A stretch of 64,000 bases of DNA, taken from positions 32,001-96,000 of the forward strand of contig JAVLKG010000002.1 of assembly GCA_032128875.1 (NCBI GenBank). Direction: 5' to 3'. The notes under the pieces were generated by a model. The model was not told the origin of the DNA, did not search any database, and saw nothing but the letters and a program-made list of their open reading frames with translations. Below are positions 47,301 to 56,532 of the stretch, in pieces. The DNA is from Candidatus Melainabacteria bacterium 17Bon1m. Lineage in GTDB: Bacteria; Cyanobacteriota; Vampirovibrionia; Obscuribacterales; Obscuribacteraceae. Position 1 is the first letter of the stretch; every line of letters starts with the position of its first letter. The position numbers and the translations under genes were made by a program.

Positions 47301-47593
47301 AGATTCAGAAAATTACACAGTACACCCAGGCCGATCATGGAAACTGTGACGGCACATAAGGTCGATAAAACGCGGCACCAAAGGGTTTTAAATCCAGTGA
47401 CAAACAACAGAGAGGTTGCAGAAAGTATGAATGCTATGGCGGTACTTGGCGCTACCTTAACTGAATCCGGAAAGGGGTTTTGCAGAAATGGAATTTGAAA
47501 TAGCCAACCCAGTAAAATCAAAATCGAACATGTGAGAACGAGTATTGAGACCACTACGCCCTGGTACTTTAGAAATAAAGCGATCTTTTCCAT
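44366..47593 (-). CDS. Hybrid sensor kinase (multi-TM, PAS, HisKA, HATPase, pseudo-REC, REC, HPt)
   Basis: SHEIRTPMNG; first REC has IINLSLP (Asp to Asn); second has LMDCQMP; VAHGLKG HPt; start uncertain. Confidence 0.93.
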   Translation of the reverse strand: MEKIALFLKYQGVVVSILVLTCSILILLGWLFQIPFLQNPFPDSVKVAPSTAIAFILSATSLLFVTGFKTLWCRVLSTLCAVTVSMIGLGVLCNFLNLGADFDQMFHGTPLPVGASGRMAIATSINFVLLGLCLITNTCEVGRFARTVAQFFCLGILCISLFTLSGGVDNHLSAKATLQMAVPTSILFSMLALSLLLLRSDQSLFRLMMSNTAGGKLIRWLLPIVVIAPPLISRLRMLLQQLGLFDTATGSAITSVVVSIFMGSLIYSFASKLDSAEQENRRQEQLRDTLSAIVESSEDAIVSKNLEGVIQTWNPGAQRLFGFEPDEAIGKEVSVIVPEDRIDEELEILDKLKRGERIEHFETKRLTKNGEVIDVSLTISPVKDFSGRVVGASKIARDISQRKRSEKVLEETRRELELLNGALASARDQAIAASKLKSEFVANMSHEIRTPMNGIIGMCNVLLKTHLDEKQQEYATAIKEAGRTLLTVINDILDFSKIEAGKMELEIIDFDPVRTVEGSCHLLAMAAKSKRLPLMTFVDPKLPKLLRGDPERIKQILINLANNSIKFSDDGEVVVRVVLESSTEKTVCVRFEVRDSGIGLTEEEQTHLFQPFVQADGSISRRYGGTGLGLSICKRLIELMGGNIGVESVKGKGSLFWFTLTLEKRSNTPVISVMTEIRDVKILIVDNHQYTREILHTYAVSWGMRNGVAASGNDAIALLRKASADGEEYKVVIINLSLPDMDGIETAKKIQSDPAISKTKLILLTEFDTTCLGSQALEAGFKGFLTKPVKQSHMLDCISKVICGTSQIDELTATSAEIKAKKLANSSNGMVLIVEDHPINQQIAQAYLEELGLVCHIATDGIEAIEAVKKTDYDLVLMDCQMPHMDGFEATSAIRRVEALTGKRTPIIAVTAHAMDGDRDKCISAGMDDYISKPIEPATLTSIVRNWIPSPQTTKSARSSRLLPVKGAPVDLEAITNRYRSEEHRKKLATLFINDVPKQIDALKAAADEQDKRQVLQVAHGLKGVCAVMYAVEMRKTCTEIETVSEAHDWSSLDSLIRTLKKQLEETTAFLEATL

Positions 47594-47950
47594 CAGCGTT
47601 GGTTCGACTTCCACATTCAGGACAGACGAGCTCGTTGGGTGTTTATATACCCCAAATTTATCTTTGCAGACGCCTGTGAACAACGTGGAAACACTGCCCC
47701 TGTTTGTGAGTAATTGGATGCGAAGGTCTATAACTAAGTCTGTTCTTCGCTCCACCGGGCTTGCCGGGAACTCTAGGTCTGGAGAAAAGTCTGCCAATGA
47801 AGCGTAAATTTCGTACAGATTGTTAACGATTCACTCTTTTGAGTGATATATGGATAAACCAAACTTTGCAACAGTTAATCTATCGGGAGAGTCGCTTACA
47901 ATCACGAGAGCAACCGTTCGGTCAGTTTTAAATACCCAGGGAAGGAAAGT

Positions 47951-49579
47951 ATGAGCCAAAAGGCGCCTTTTGAGACGAAAAGCTTCGGCGGCGACGGTTT
48001 GATCCGCGTTTTGATCGTTGAAGACCAAGAGGTTCTAAGGATCGGACTGAAATACTCCCTTCAGTACGCGAAAGAGATTGAAATCGTAGGCATGGCGAAC
48101 GACGGGCCTACCGCGGTAGAGTCGGCAATCAAGTTGAATCCGTCGGTCATTTTGATGGATATAGGGTTGCCCGGCTTCGATGGCATTGAGGCAACCAAGA
48201 AAATCAAAGAGCAGATTCAGTCGAAGATAGTTGTTCTTACGAGTCGCACAGATGATAAAGCGATTTACGCTGCATTAGAGGCTGGTGCCGAAGGATACTG
48301 CTTGAAAGACGCGTCTACAGAGAAATTATGTGCAGCGATTGCTTCAGTTCATAGCGGTGCCACCTGGCTGGATGATGAGATCTCGAAAGCACTGCTAAAG
48401 AGTTCTAAAATGGCAGATCCAAATGCAACTGCAGAACGCCTGGCTCTCGGCGAATCTGAGCTTAAGGTGTTAGGTATGCTGTTGGAAGGCGCATCAAGTA
48501 CGGTAATCGCGGATGCCGTCAACATGCCGCACAACGAACTTCAAACATATTTGAGACAGCTAATTCAAAAGGTCAGCTTTACGAAGACTAGTCTTGAAAA
48601 AGGTACGAAGAGAGCAAAGCATTCCGGGGAATTTGTCGTCAGCAAAATGTGTCCCGTTTGTAATTTGAGGCTCGGTGAAGAGGCGGAAATTTGTCCATAC
48701 GACAATTGCGCACTGCAGGTAGACCCTTTGATCGGCAGCCAGTTCGCTGACCGCTATGAAATTCTGTCACTTCTTGGTGCAGGTACCAGCGGTGCAGTGT
48801 ATAAAGCCCGGCACAGGTACATTCAAAAATATGTAGCAATAAAAGTGTTGCACACTGAGCACGTCGCCGACATCGGAATGCTAAAACGATTTCGTCAAGA
48901 AGCTGCGGCCGCGAGCATTCTCTCGCACCCGAATATTTTGCATGTCGTAGACTTCGGGCTATCTTCCGAGGGACAGGCTTTTATGATTATGGACTATATT
49001 GGTGGCACAAGCCTTGATGAGTTGATTGTGCGGCATGCAGGGCTACCTGCAAAACCTGCCGTGGATATCTTCCTTCAAATTTGCGACGGGCTTGGGCACG
49101 CGCACGATAACAACATCATTCACAGAGATGTAAAACCTAATAACGTTCTAGTCTATGACACAGATGATGGCGTTTTGCGCGTAAAGCTGGTTGATTTCGG
49201 AACAGCTAAATTGGTGGTTCCCGATAATCTTCGTCCGGGATTGACCGCACCTGGGCAGGTTTTTGGTTCACCCACGTACATGAGCCCGGAGCAATGCATG
49301 GGGCTTGATTTGGAGCCCAGTTCAGACATCTATTCCATGGGCACGCTGATGTATGAAGCTCTTGTAGGGCATCCGCCGTTTGTCACTGATAGCATTGTCG
49401 ATGCTATGTACAAACAAATAAATGAAGACTGCCCTCCGCTCTCCGAAGCTGCGCGCAGGTTTGGCAAGCAAATCGATGTCAGGTTGCAGGCTATAGTGAT
49501 GAAGGCGCTGCGCAAAGACCGCTACAAACGACATCAGACAATGCACGAACTTAAGGACGATCTGCTCAAGATTGCTTGA
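47951..49579 (+). CDS. NarL-type receiver + degenerate HTH + zinc-ribbon-like segment + Hanks Ser/Thr kinase fusion
   Basis: VEDQ, LMDIGLP; CPVC...CPYD; GAGTSG, VAIK, HRDVKPNN, DFG, YMSPEQ. Confidence 0.9.
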   Translation: MSQKAPFETKSFGGDGLIRVLIVEDQEVLRIGLKYSLQYAKEIEIVGMANDGPTAVESAIKLNPSVILMDIGLPGFDGIEATKKIKEQIQSKIVVLTSRTDDKAIYAALEAGAEGYCLKDASTEKLCAAIASVHSGATWLDDEISKALLKSSKMADPNATAERLALGESELKVLGMLLEGASSTVIADAVNMPHNELQTYLRQLIQKVSFTKTSLEKGTKRAKHSGEFVVSKMCPVCNLRLGEEAEICPYDNCALQVDPLIGSQFADRYEILSLLGAGTSGAVYKARHRYIQKYVAIKVLHTEHVADIGMLKRFRQEAAAASILSHPNILHVVDFGLSSEGQAFMIMDYIGGTSLDELIVRHAGLPAKPAVDIFLQICDGLGHAHDNNIIHRDVKPNNVLVYDTDDGVLRVKLVDFGTAKLVVPDNLRPGLTAPGQVFGSPTYMSPEQCMGLDLEPSSDIYSMGTLMYEALVGHPPFVTDSIVDAMYKQINEDCPPLSEAARRFGKQIDVRLQAIVMKALRKDRYKRHQTMHELKDDLLKIA

Positions 49580-50111
49580 TGCCTAGCCGAATATACTTTG
49601 CAGTAAAGGCGAGAGGTTTCACTTTTCCTGTCTGAGTGAGATGCAGAAAGATGTTTTGCTTTTTGAACATCGCAGAGAGTGATATAGCCTTTTCCAGCTC
49701 CAGCACAGTGTCTTTATGTGGCTGTTTCCACAAATGCTTTTGCGACTGAACTGATTTTTGGATTGCCGACTTTTGATCGGTAGACACTACCAAAATGTTT
49801 TTGTGTACTTCTTCGAAGTCTTCGGCATTGTAACCACCGAGATTGAGGAAATAAAGTTTTTCCTCTCCAGTGAAAGGAGCATCGGATAACGTCACATCAT
49901 AGCCATCTGCGTGCGTAATCTCTGCCCAACTGTCGATGTGCAAACTGCTTGGTGTGCCCCACCACTGTTCGCGCAGGTCGTCGTAGCAACTTTGTGGTGT
50001 CAGGCCCAAGCTAAAACGAACATCGTGCAGCTCGATGTTTGAGTTGCGGAAATGTCCACCAACGTAAAACATGAAGAGTTTGATGTCGCCTGGTTTTGCC
50101 AACTCAACCAA
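49566..50111 (-). CDS. DUF1543 domain protein
   Basis: KLFMFYVGG...NIELHDVRF, WWG...LHIDSW, LYFLNLGGY, HKD. Confidence 0.85.
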   Translation of the reverse strand: MVELAKPGDIKLFMFYVGGHFRNSNIELHDVRFSLGLTPQSCYDDLREQWWGTPSSLHIDSWAEITHADGYDVTLSDAPFTGEEKLYFLNLGGYNAEDFEEVHKNILVVSTDQKSAIQKSVQSQKHLWKQPHKDTVLELEKAISLSAMFKKQNIFLHLTQTGKVKPLAFTAKYIRLGIKQS

Positions 50112-50499
50112 TCAATTTTGAGATGAAGTCTTTGACGAACTCTGGGTAAAAGAAACCATTGCTATCAGTATCGTACAGCTTCCAGTCGGTGCTTACGATT
50201 TCTACGAATCCGCTTTCGGCTTCGTCAACATTCATTGGAAGCGATGGACCAAGAATCGCATGCGTAGCAACGTAAGCATTCCACCAGAATGTTTCACACT
50301 GCGTGCCGTCTGCATTTGGCACCAGGAAAAATCTTAAGCGATCGGCTTTTCGACCGTCGATAAATGTCTCGCCATCACGCTCTACTATTCCGAGATCGCG
50401 CTTAATGTCCCGCTTGCTGCGCGGATTGAAAGATATGCGAATCTCAGCAAGATCCACTTTGAGATTTTTGTCGAACTGGTTAGAATCTTTCCTTAGCAT
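50104..50499 (-). CDS. Hypothetical protein
   Basis: 131-aa ORF overlapping the DUF1543 gene start. Confidence 0.55.
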   Translation of the reverse strand: MLRKDSNQFDKNLKVDLAEIRISFNPRSKRDIKRDLGIVERDGETFIDGRKADRLRFFLVPNADGTQCETFWWNAYVATHAILGPSLPMNVDEAESGFVEIVSTDWKLYDTDSNGFFYPEFVKDFISKLIG

Positions 50500-50556
50500 A
50501 TGAACGCGGGTTTAGGGCAGGACTATGCGTACATTTTAGCAGTTTACGTCCAGCCA

Positions 50557-51579
50557 CTAGTACTTCGAAATTAATGAGCGGTTTAGAAATTGCGTTGTAT
50601 GAGTTAGGCTCGTGAAGCCATCTTGAATAATTGGTGCTTGACCAGGTCGCAACACAATCAACGCAGGCAGTGCTTTTACTTTGTACTTTTCTTTGATTTC
50701 GAGTAGCTTCGGATCATTCTTAGCTAGCTTTCCGCGTTTTAGTTCTAGAAGCACCGGCACAAAATTATCATTGATCAATTTGTTGGCTTCAGGTGATTCG
50801 AACAGTGCTAAGCGCATTTTGTCAGAAGCATAACCACAGTCTTCAACAAGCGCAATTAACGTCGGCTCGCCGCCCTTGCCGATTTTCTCAAACGGCTGCC
50901 ATGCTATGTTTCCCTTACTCAAGCGCAATCGATGCCACATCCGGCATTTCCAAAGGTAGTCTTCAAAACTATCTTTTCCTTCATAACCACTGCTGGCAGG
51001 AAGACGTTCGTGATTTCGTTCTAAATACTCATCCGCAAATCGCTCGGAGAACGTCTTTTTAAGCTCTTCGTCAGACTCCATAAACGACGGCCACATCATT
51101 TTCATGACAAGATCGTATTCGAATTTGCTGCCGGTCGAGTAAATATCTTTCGTTGTTGCATCCAATAAATTGGGGGGCACCACAATTACTTTGGGAAACG
51201 AATCAACGTCGCATAGCTTTTGAAGCTTTTCTATCGCAGGCGGATTTTTTCCATTTTCACGTGTCTCGTCGATAACATGCACAGGAATGTAACTCTTATT
51301 GATTGATTCTGCGATTTTCTCGTCACTGAAAACATCTTGCTCCATCTTCTTGCATGGACCGCACCACCTTGCGGAAAAGACAAACATGACAGGTTTGTTT
51401 GTTCGTTCTGCCTCACTTTGATATTCGTTGAGCGTGCGCCATTTGATGAGGTCTGGCGTTTTTCCTGGAAATATCTGCTGCAAGATAGCTCCAATAAAGG
51501 TCAACGCAACAAGTATCGAAGCTGTCGTGTACAGCCATTTAGGGTCTGCTTTGCTTGAGGTGTAGCTAGTCGGCACCAT
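50557..51579 (-). CDS. Membrane-anchored tandem thioredoxin-fold protein
   Basis: N-terminal TM; WCGPC in domain 1; second Trx-like domain lacks CxxC. Confidence 0.8.
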   Translation of the reverse strand: MVPTSYTSSKADPKWLYTTASILVALTFIGAILQQIFPGKTPDLIKWRTLNEYQSEAERTNKPVMFVFSARWCGPCKKMEQDVFSDEKIAESINKSYIPVHVIDETRENGKNPPAIEKLQKLCDVDSFPKVIVVPPNLLDATTKDIYSTGSKFEYDLVMKMMWPSFMESDEELKKTFSERFADEYLERNHERLPASSGYEGKDSFEDYLWKCRMWHRLRLSKGNIAWQPFEKIGKGGEPTLIALVEDCGYASDKMRLALFESPEANKLINDNFVPVLLELKRGKLAKNDPKLLEIKEKYKVKALPALIVLRPGQAPIIQDGFTSLTHTTQFLNRSLISKY

Positions 51580-52345
51580 AAGGCAACTCCCTACGATTGA
51601 GACTATAAATGCAGACGGAGATGAAGAATGTAATTACGGCGAAATACGCAGTGATTTGTACCCAGTCGAAATTGCCATGCTTAAAGACGGTTGTAAGTGC
51701 AATGAATGGTTCGAGTATGAAGTGTAAAACCGCGTAAATGCAACCGATTGGTGGCACAAGCAAATTCGCAATTGTTCGACCTATACCCTCTGGAATGGTA
51801 TTAGGTTGAATCTGCGCGATCATCCCTGTGATTCCTCCGGCTATAACGAAAACCAGATAAACCGCCAAGTCTTTGGAACCTGATACCAGAGAAGAAAAGA
51901 ACATGAAAACTGCAGAGAATCCAAAGCAAATCAATATTCGCTCGACGCCGTTGGTCAGGATAAAGCTCGGGTCTAAATCGTATGGCGTGCGGAATGCAGC
52001 CACAAAGAGCTCTGCGAAAAACTGAATCATCGATACCGTCGACGCCGCTATCGCGACCGCAAGCCATTTGCTTAGCGCATAAGTTGATATTTTTACTGGG
52101 CGTGAAAGAACTAGAGACAGCGTGCCGTCGTTAAGCTGCCCGCCGATGCATCCGCTTCCGCAAGCGAGTACAAAAGGAATCTGCTCTGCTACGTCGGTGA
52201 GATATTCAGAGGGAAATTGCTTCTCTATGCATAAGCTCATTGTGGTCTTTATGAGCGGATACAGGATGAACAGCGTCACAACTAATTGCCGCAGCTTGCT
52301 TGCAAGACACATGTGCCAGGTGTTTTTCATGATTGCCCAGTTCAT
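51566..52345 (-). CDS. ABC-2 type permease
   Basis: GTLSLVLSRPV...YALSKW; about 6 TMs; terminal RRE. Confidence 0.85.
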   Translation of the reverse strand: MNWAIMKNTWHMCLASKLRQLVVTLFILYPLIKTTMSLCIEKQFPSEYLTDVAEQIPFVLACGSGCIGGQLNDGTLSLVLSRPVKISTYALSKWLAVAIAASTVSMIQFFAELFVAAFRTPYDLDPSFILTNGVERILICFGFSAVFMFFSSLVSGSKDLAVYLVFVIAGGITGMIAQIQPNTIPEGIGRTIANLLVPPIGCIYAVLHFILEPFIALTTVFKHGNFDWVQITAYFAVITFFISVCIYSLNRRELPYGAD

Positions 52346-53352
52346 GAGTCTTTCACCTCATTCTTCGCGGCGCTGTCCGAAAGTTTTTCAGAACCGTCTG
52401 CACGCTCTGTTGCGCCATCTACGAAGAAGCGCTCCAGACGATTGTCTTGTGGCGTGGCTTCAATAATTCTGTATCCCGTCTCTATCATTGCGGCAAGAGT
52501 GTCAGCGACGGCGTCGACGCTGGGCATCTCAAAAACAGCCAAATTTGACTGCGCTTCAATGACCGCCGCTTCAAAGCGTGAGGCTATACTATGAATTTCT
52601 GAATGGTCTGTACGTAATTTGTCGACTTGCCATTTGATCACGTATTTGCAGCTTTCGATTTGACCATGCTTCAGGTCCTCCACCGCATCGACTTTACCGT
52701 GCTTGATAAAGACGACGCGATCACAAAGCTTTTCTACCTGCTCCAATTGGTGAGAGTTCAGAATAATAGTCATACCTTCTGCTTTCAGCTCGCGCATGAG
52801 GCGGCGCAGCAGAAGAACTCCGGCAGGATCGACACCGGATGCCGGTTCATCCAAAAGCAAAAAGCGAGGGCGCCCGAGTAGCGCCTGCGCAAATCCGAGG
52901 CGCTGCAGCATGCCTCGGGAATATCTTTTGATAAGAAGATCCCAGCTCTTTTGCTCAAGAGCAACTTTGGTCAGTAACTCATCGCAGACCATAGCTTTCG
53001 CATTCGGGTCCAATCCAGCTAATTCATAATGAAACTGCATGAACTGACGCCCGGTCATCCATTTGTCGAAATTGAGGCGCTCAGGTAGATAGCCGACTAT
53101 CCTTCGCGTTTCAAGCGCGTCGGGTGGCAGACCGTCAATCGTTATGGACCCCCGATCTACTTTGAGAAAGGCGAGCAAGCACCCGAACAATGTTGTCTTG
53201 CCGGCACCGTTTGGACCGATGATACCCAGCGCCTCGCCCGGATTTGCGGTCAGTGAAAGCTCGTCCAGTGCTTTAACCTTGCCGGCTTTGTAGGTTTTGA
53301 CGACGTCCTTAACGACGATGCCCTGGCTGGTTTCAGACTCTGTCGAATTCAT
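52342..53352 (-). CDS. ABC transporter ATP-binding protein
   Basis: GPNGAGKTT, YSRGMLQR, LLDEP, SH. Confidence 0.95.
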   Translation of the reverse strand: MNSTESETSQGIVVKDVVKTYKAGKVKALDELSLTANPGEALGIIGPNGAGKTTLFGCLLAFLKVDRGSITIDGLPPDALETRRIVGYLPERLNFDKWMTGRQFMQFHYELAGLDPNAKAMVCDELLTKVALEQKSWDLLIKRYSRGMLQRLGFAQALLGRPRFLLLDEPASGVDPAGVLLLRRLMRELKAEGMTIILNSHQLEQVEKLCDRVVFIKHGKVDAVEDLKHGQIESCKYVIKWQVDKLRTDHSEIHSIASRFEAAVIEAQSNLAVFEMPSVDAVADTLAAMIETGYRIIEATPQDNRLERFFVDGATERADGSEKLSDSAAKNEVKDS

Positions 53353-53528
53353 TAATGCAAACAGCCGGAGGTGGAACAGGGACTCGGGTCACCAGAATTT
53401 CAGTTGCATATGATTAAAGTACCCAGTTGGAAACCTTCTAAGCTGAGTCCCGGAAAACTAGCTCAAGTGAGAATTAAACTTGAGAACTATGGTGTTTCTG
53501 CTTGTCACTTCTTTGTGACTCGGGTGGA

Positions 53529-55043
53529 TTATTGCTGCAAATCTTGCAGTTCGCGGACGGCGTAATGGTATTCGATGAACTCTCGGGTGCCATTTTTGAT
53601 GACCCATTCAAAACGCTCCTTAGCTTCCGCGCGTTTGCCATCTAATAGGTTGACCATGCCGGTGTAGAAGTTTGTTTCGGTTTTCTGATCTTTGTCTTGC
53701 GCCGCTTCGTTGAAATCCTTTTCGCTCATTGTGCCATCCAGAAAGGATGCAACTTTGTATGCCCAGCTCTTATCGGAGAGTTTTTGTTTGATTGACTTTA
53801 GCTCTTCAGCAGAATTCTCTACTCCAAGGCGTCTCGATGCTAAGTAATTCGTAAACGCGAAATAGGCGAGTCGTTCTGGGGAATCGTCTTGTTCAAGAGC
53901 TTTGTCAGTTATTTCTATTGCCTTTTGATAATTGCGGTCGATGAACGCGATTTCCATCGCGAGCTGCAAAGCCGTCATATCGTCTGGTTTTTCCTCTAAG
54001 AGTTTTTCAACCGCAGGCTTAGCTTTCTTTATCTGATTCGCTTCCAGGTAAAGAGATGCGCGGATCTGATTCGCAAGGGCTGTGTCGTTTTGCGCTGCCT
54101 CTGGCGATTCAATAATGTCGATTGCTTTACTCAAATTCTTGTCGCGATGATAGGCGTTGGATGCTTTTGAAATTGCAAGATTACCGCTCCTATCAAATGT
54201 TCCAGCCTGTTCTAGCATGAACACGCCAACGATAAACAATGACAGCACAAGTACGCCGAGTGCGTCGCGCAGGCGGAAAGTTCTATCAATATTGTTGATT
54301 GGTGCCATCGCAGCACCGATCGCTAGCCCCGCTATTACACCACCAAAGTGAGCAGCATGATCTGCTCTCATGCTGGCGCCAAACACCACGCACACAGCCA
54401 GATAGCCTGCTATCTGCTTCATTGACTCGGTAAAGATTCTCGGCTCGATTTCCTTTTGATGCAGCAAAATAAATCCTGCATATGCACCAATTAGACCGCA
54501 GATTGCACCAGAGGCGCCTGCGCTGCCATTGTCCGCGTGAAACATCAGGCTTACAACGGAGGCAGCCATTCCGCTAAGAAGATAGATGATGACGTATTTA
54601 GTCTTGCCGTAAAGCAATTCGCATGATGTTCCGATGCGAGACAAAACAACCATATTGCATGCTAGATGAACGAATCCTATATGAATGAAAGTTGACGTGA
54701 GTAAGCGCCAAGGTTCGCCGTCCAAAGTGAGTGGCCCCCAGTCAAGCTGCCACTTCACGAGCAGTTCTGCATCCGGTCTCATAATTGCCGTAAAACCGCC
54801 GTCTATAACCATCGCGATGAAGATCAGAACGTTAATGACGATTATTGTGTTGGTTGTCCACGCCCTTTGATTGGGCAAAATCCACGGCTCAATAGCTTGG
54901 GTGCTAAATGTTAGAAGCGGCTGGTTTGCCTGAGCTTCCGGGTCTGTCTGAGCCTCTGGGGCCGCCGGATCTGCAGACGCAGCCGGCGTCACTTCGGCTG
55001 ATGTTTCAATGTTTATCGAATTGTTTGAATCTTTCTCTGCCAT
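53529..55043 (-). CDS. Rhomboid protease fused to TPR/NlpI-like C-terminal domain
   Basis: WRLLTSTFIH, HLACNM, GASG, AHFGG; TETNFYTG...FIEYHYAVREL. Confidence 0.88.
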   Translation of the reverse strand: MAEKDSNNSINIETSAEVTPAASADPAAPEAQTDPEAQANQPLLTFSTQAIEPWILPNQRAWTTNTIIVINVLIFIAMVIDGGFTAIMRPDAELLVKWQLDWGPLTLDGEPWRLLTSTFIHIGFVHLACNMVVLSRIGTSCELLYGKTKYVIIYLLSGMAASVVSLMFHADNGSAGASGAICGLIGAYAGFILLHQKEIEPRIFTESMKQIAGYLAVCVVFGASMRADHAAHFGGVIAGLAIGAAMAPINNIDRTFRLRDALGVLVLSLFIVGVFMLEQAGTFDRSGNLAISKASNAYHRDKNLSKAIDIIESPEAAQNDTALANQIRASLYLEANQIKKAKPAVEKLLEEKPDDMTALQLAMEIAFIDRNYQKAIEITDKALEQDDSPERLAYFAFTNYLASRRLGVENSAEELKSIKQKLSDKSWAYKVASFLDGTMSEKDFNEAAQDKDQKTETNFYTGMVNLLDGKRAEAKERFEWVIKNGTREFIEYHYAVRELQDLQQ

Positions 55044-55181
55044 GGCCACAGCGGAATAGGTCGATTTCCGTATTCTATCAGCTGCTATCGAGGGATTTGA
55101 TTGTTTCGCCGTTATGTTAGACTGCGCTTCTCCGCCTCTGTTTCAATCTGCACCTCTTTTGTTGTCGATTCTCCTCGGGCA

Positions 55182-56000
55182 ATGGAAGGTGATTTGAAAA
55201 GCGTTAGTTACAGTAAATTTGCTACAGGAAGAAAGACGGTTGTCGATCTTCTTACTATGGTGGCACCGCGCTCGGTATCAGCCTATCTTTTTCGCGATAT
55301 CGACATGAGTTGGGTTGGAGACGTCAGATCTGATTTTGCGAAAAATGGAAGCAGAGTAACAGTGACTGCGATGTTGCTGAAAGCGATTGCAATCGCACAG
55401 AAGTCACATCCCACGAGTAGATCTGAGCTTCTGCCCTTCGGAAGAATTGCCACATACGAAGAGGTTGTGGGCGGTTTCACCGTAGAACGAAACGAAGATG
55501 GCGCCGACACTGTCTTCTTCGCTGAAATTGAAGAGCCTGATACAAAACAGCTTTTACACATCGCTGAGGAATTGAGTCGCAGTGCTACGAGTGATATGGA
55601 TCAATTGCCACCGTTTGCAAAACAGAAGATCTACGCGCAATTACCCTATTTTTTGCGCCGTTTGATTCTCGGTATTGGCACTCTGATTCCGGCTCTCCGG
55701 CTTAAATGCCAGAAAGCAACATTCGGTCTGACGTCGCTCGGCAAGTACAAGATGAGTATGGTGCTGAGCCCGTGCATCTGCACGTCCACATTTGGAATAG
55801 GCACCATTGAGGACCGCCCAGTCGTCGTTGATGGAAACATCGTCGTGCGCCCAGTCATGACCATTTCTTTGAACTTCAACGCCAACGCGCTGGAAATCTC
55901 CGCTGCCGCAGCGTTTTTAGAAGACGTCTGCAGTTTGATGGAAGGAAGCCTTGCCGACGAAGCCAGCATGGTGCAAATGAGCTACTCGCAAGTGAGCTAG
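55182..56000 (+). CDS. Stand-alone 2-oxoacid dehydrogenase E2 catalytic-domain homologue (catalytic His absent)
   Basis: TFGLTSLG, GIGTIEDRPVVVDGNIVVRPVMTISL; DHR replaced by NAN; start 55182 or TTG 55194. Confidence 0.8.
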   Translation: MEGDLKSVSYSKFATGRKTVVDLLTMVAPRSVSAYLFRDIDMSWVGDVRSDFAKNGSRVTVTAMLLKAIAIAQKSHPTSRSELLPFGRIATYEEVVGGFTVERNEDGADTVFFAEIEEPDTKQLLHIAEELSRSATSDMDQLPPFAKQKIYAQLPYFLRRLILGIGTLIPALRLKCQKATFGLTSLGKYKMSMVLSPCICTSTFGIGTIEDRPVVVDGNIVVRPVMTISLNFNANALEISAAAAFLEDVCSLMEGSLADEASMVQMSYSQVS

Positions 56001-56051
56001 TCGCAAACAAGCAAGTCGCAAAAAAAAGAGTCGCGAACAAATAATTCCAAA

Positions 56052-56091
56052 CAAAAACTGGTAACCGCCTATGTGGTTAAGCGGCTACCAG
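56052..56091 (-). terminator. Intrinsic terminator of the rbp operon
   Basis: Minus strand CTGGTAGCCGC...GCGGTTACCAG followed by UUUUUG. Confidence 0.75.
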
Positions 56092-56121
56092 TATTGAAAT
56101 CGAGAATCTTTAGACGAGCGC

Positions 56122-56469
56122 TTAGTTATTGCCTTGCGGGTCGTAGTCGGCAATTAGCTGTCTTTGAACAGTCGATCTTTCGTATTGACTTGATCCCGGC
56201 ATTTCGTGAATGAAGAGGAACAATTCGTCGCGCGTACCACCGCGCTCTTTCCACCATTGCTGGTGGCCGTTTCGAATCATCTCGGCTTGGAATGCCAGAT
56301 CTGAAGTCTCTCCGAAGAAAACAACGGTGTGTTTTTTTGGATTGCTGACTGCGTCAGCTTTGTATGTGACAGCGTATACCGCCTCGGCGCCTATGGGTTT
56401 CCATTGGTCGAGGTTTCCCACAGACATAAATCTGTAACGGTTGCGCTTGCCGAAGGACAGTGCACTCAT
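56122..56469 (-). CDS. Hypothetical protein, degenerate GIY-YIG-like
   Basis: AVYAV...VVFFGETSDL...QRQLIADYDPQGN; AAGGAG RBS. Confidence 0.55.
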   Translation of the reverse strand: MSALSFGKRNRYRFMSVGNLDQWKPIGAEAVYAVTYKADAVSNPKKHTVVFFGETSDLAFQAEMIRNGHQQWWKERGGTRDELFLFIHEMPGSSQYERSTVQRQLIADYDPQGNN

Positions 56470-56532
56470 GTTTTCTCCTTCTTAATTACCAGGACTCTGA
56501 AAGCTGCGGTTACGAACTCGAGGAGTAAGTAC

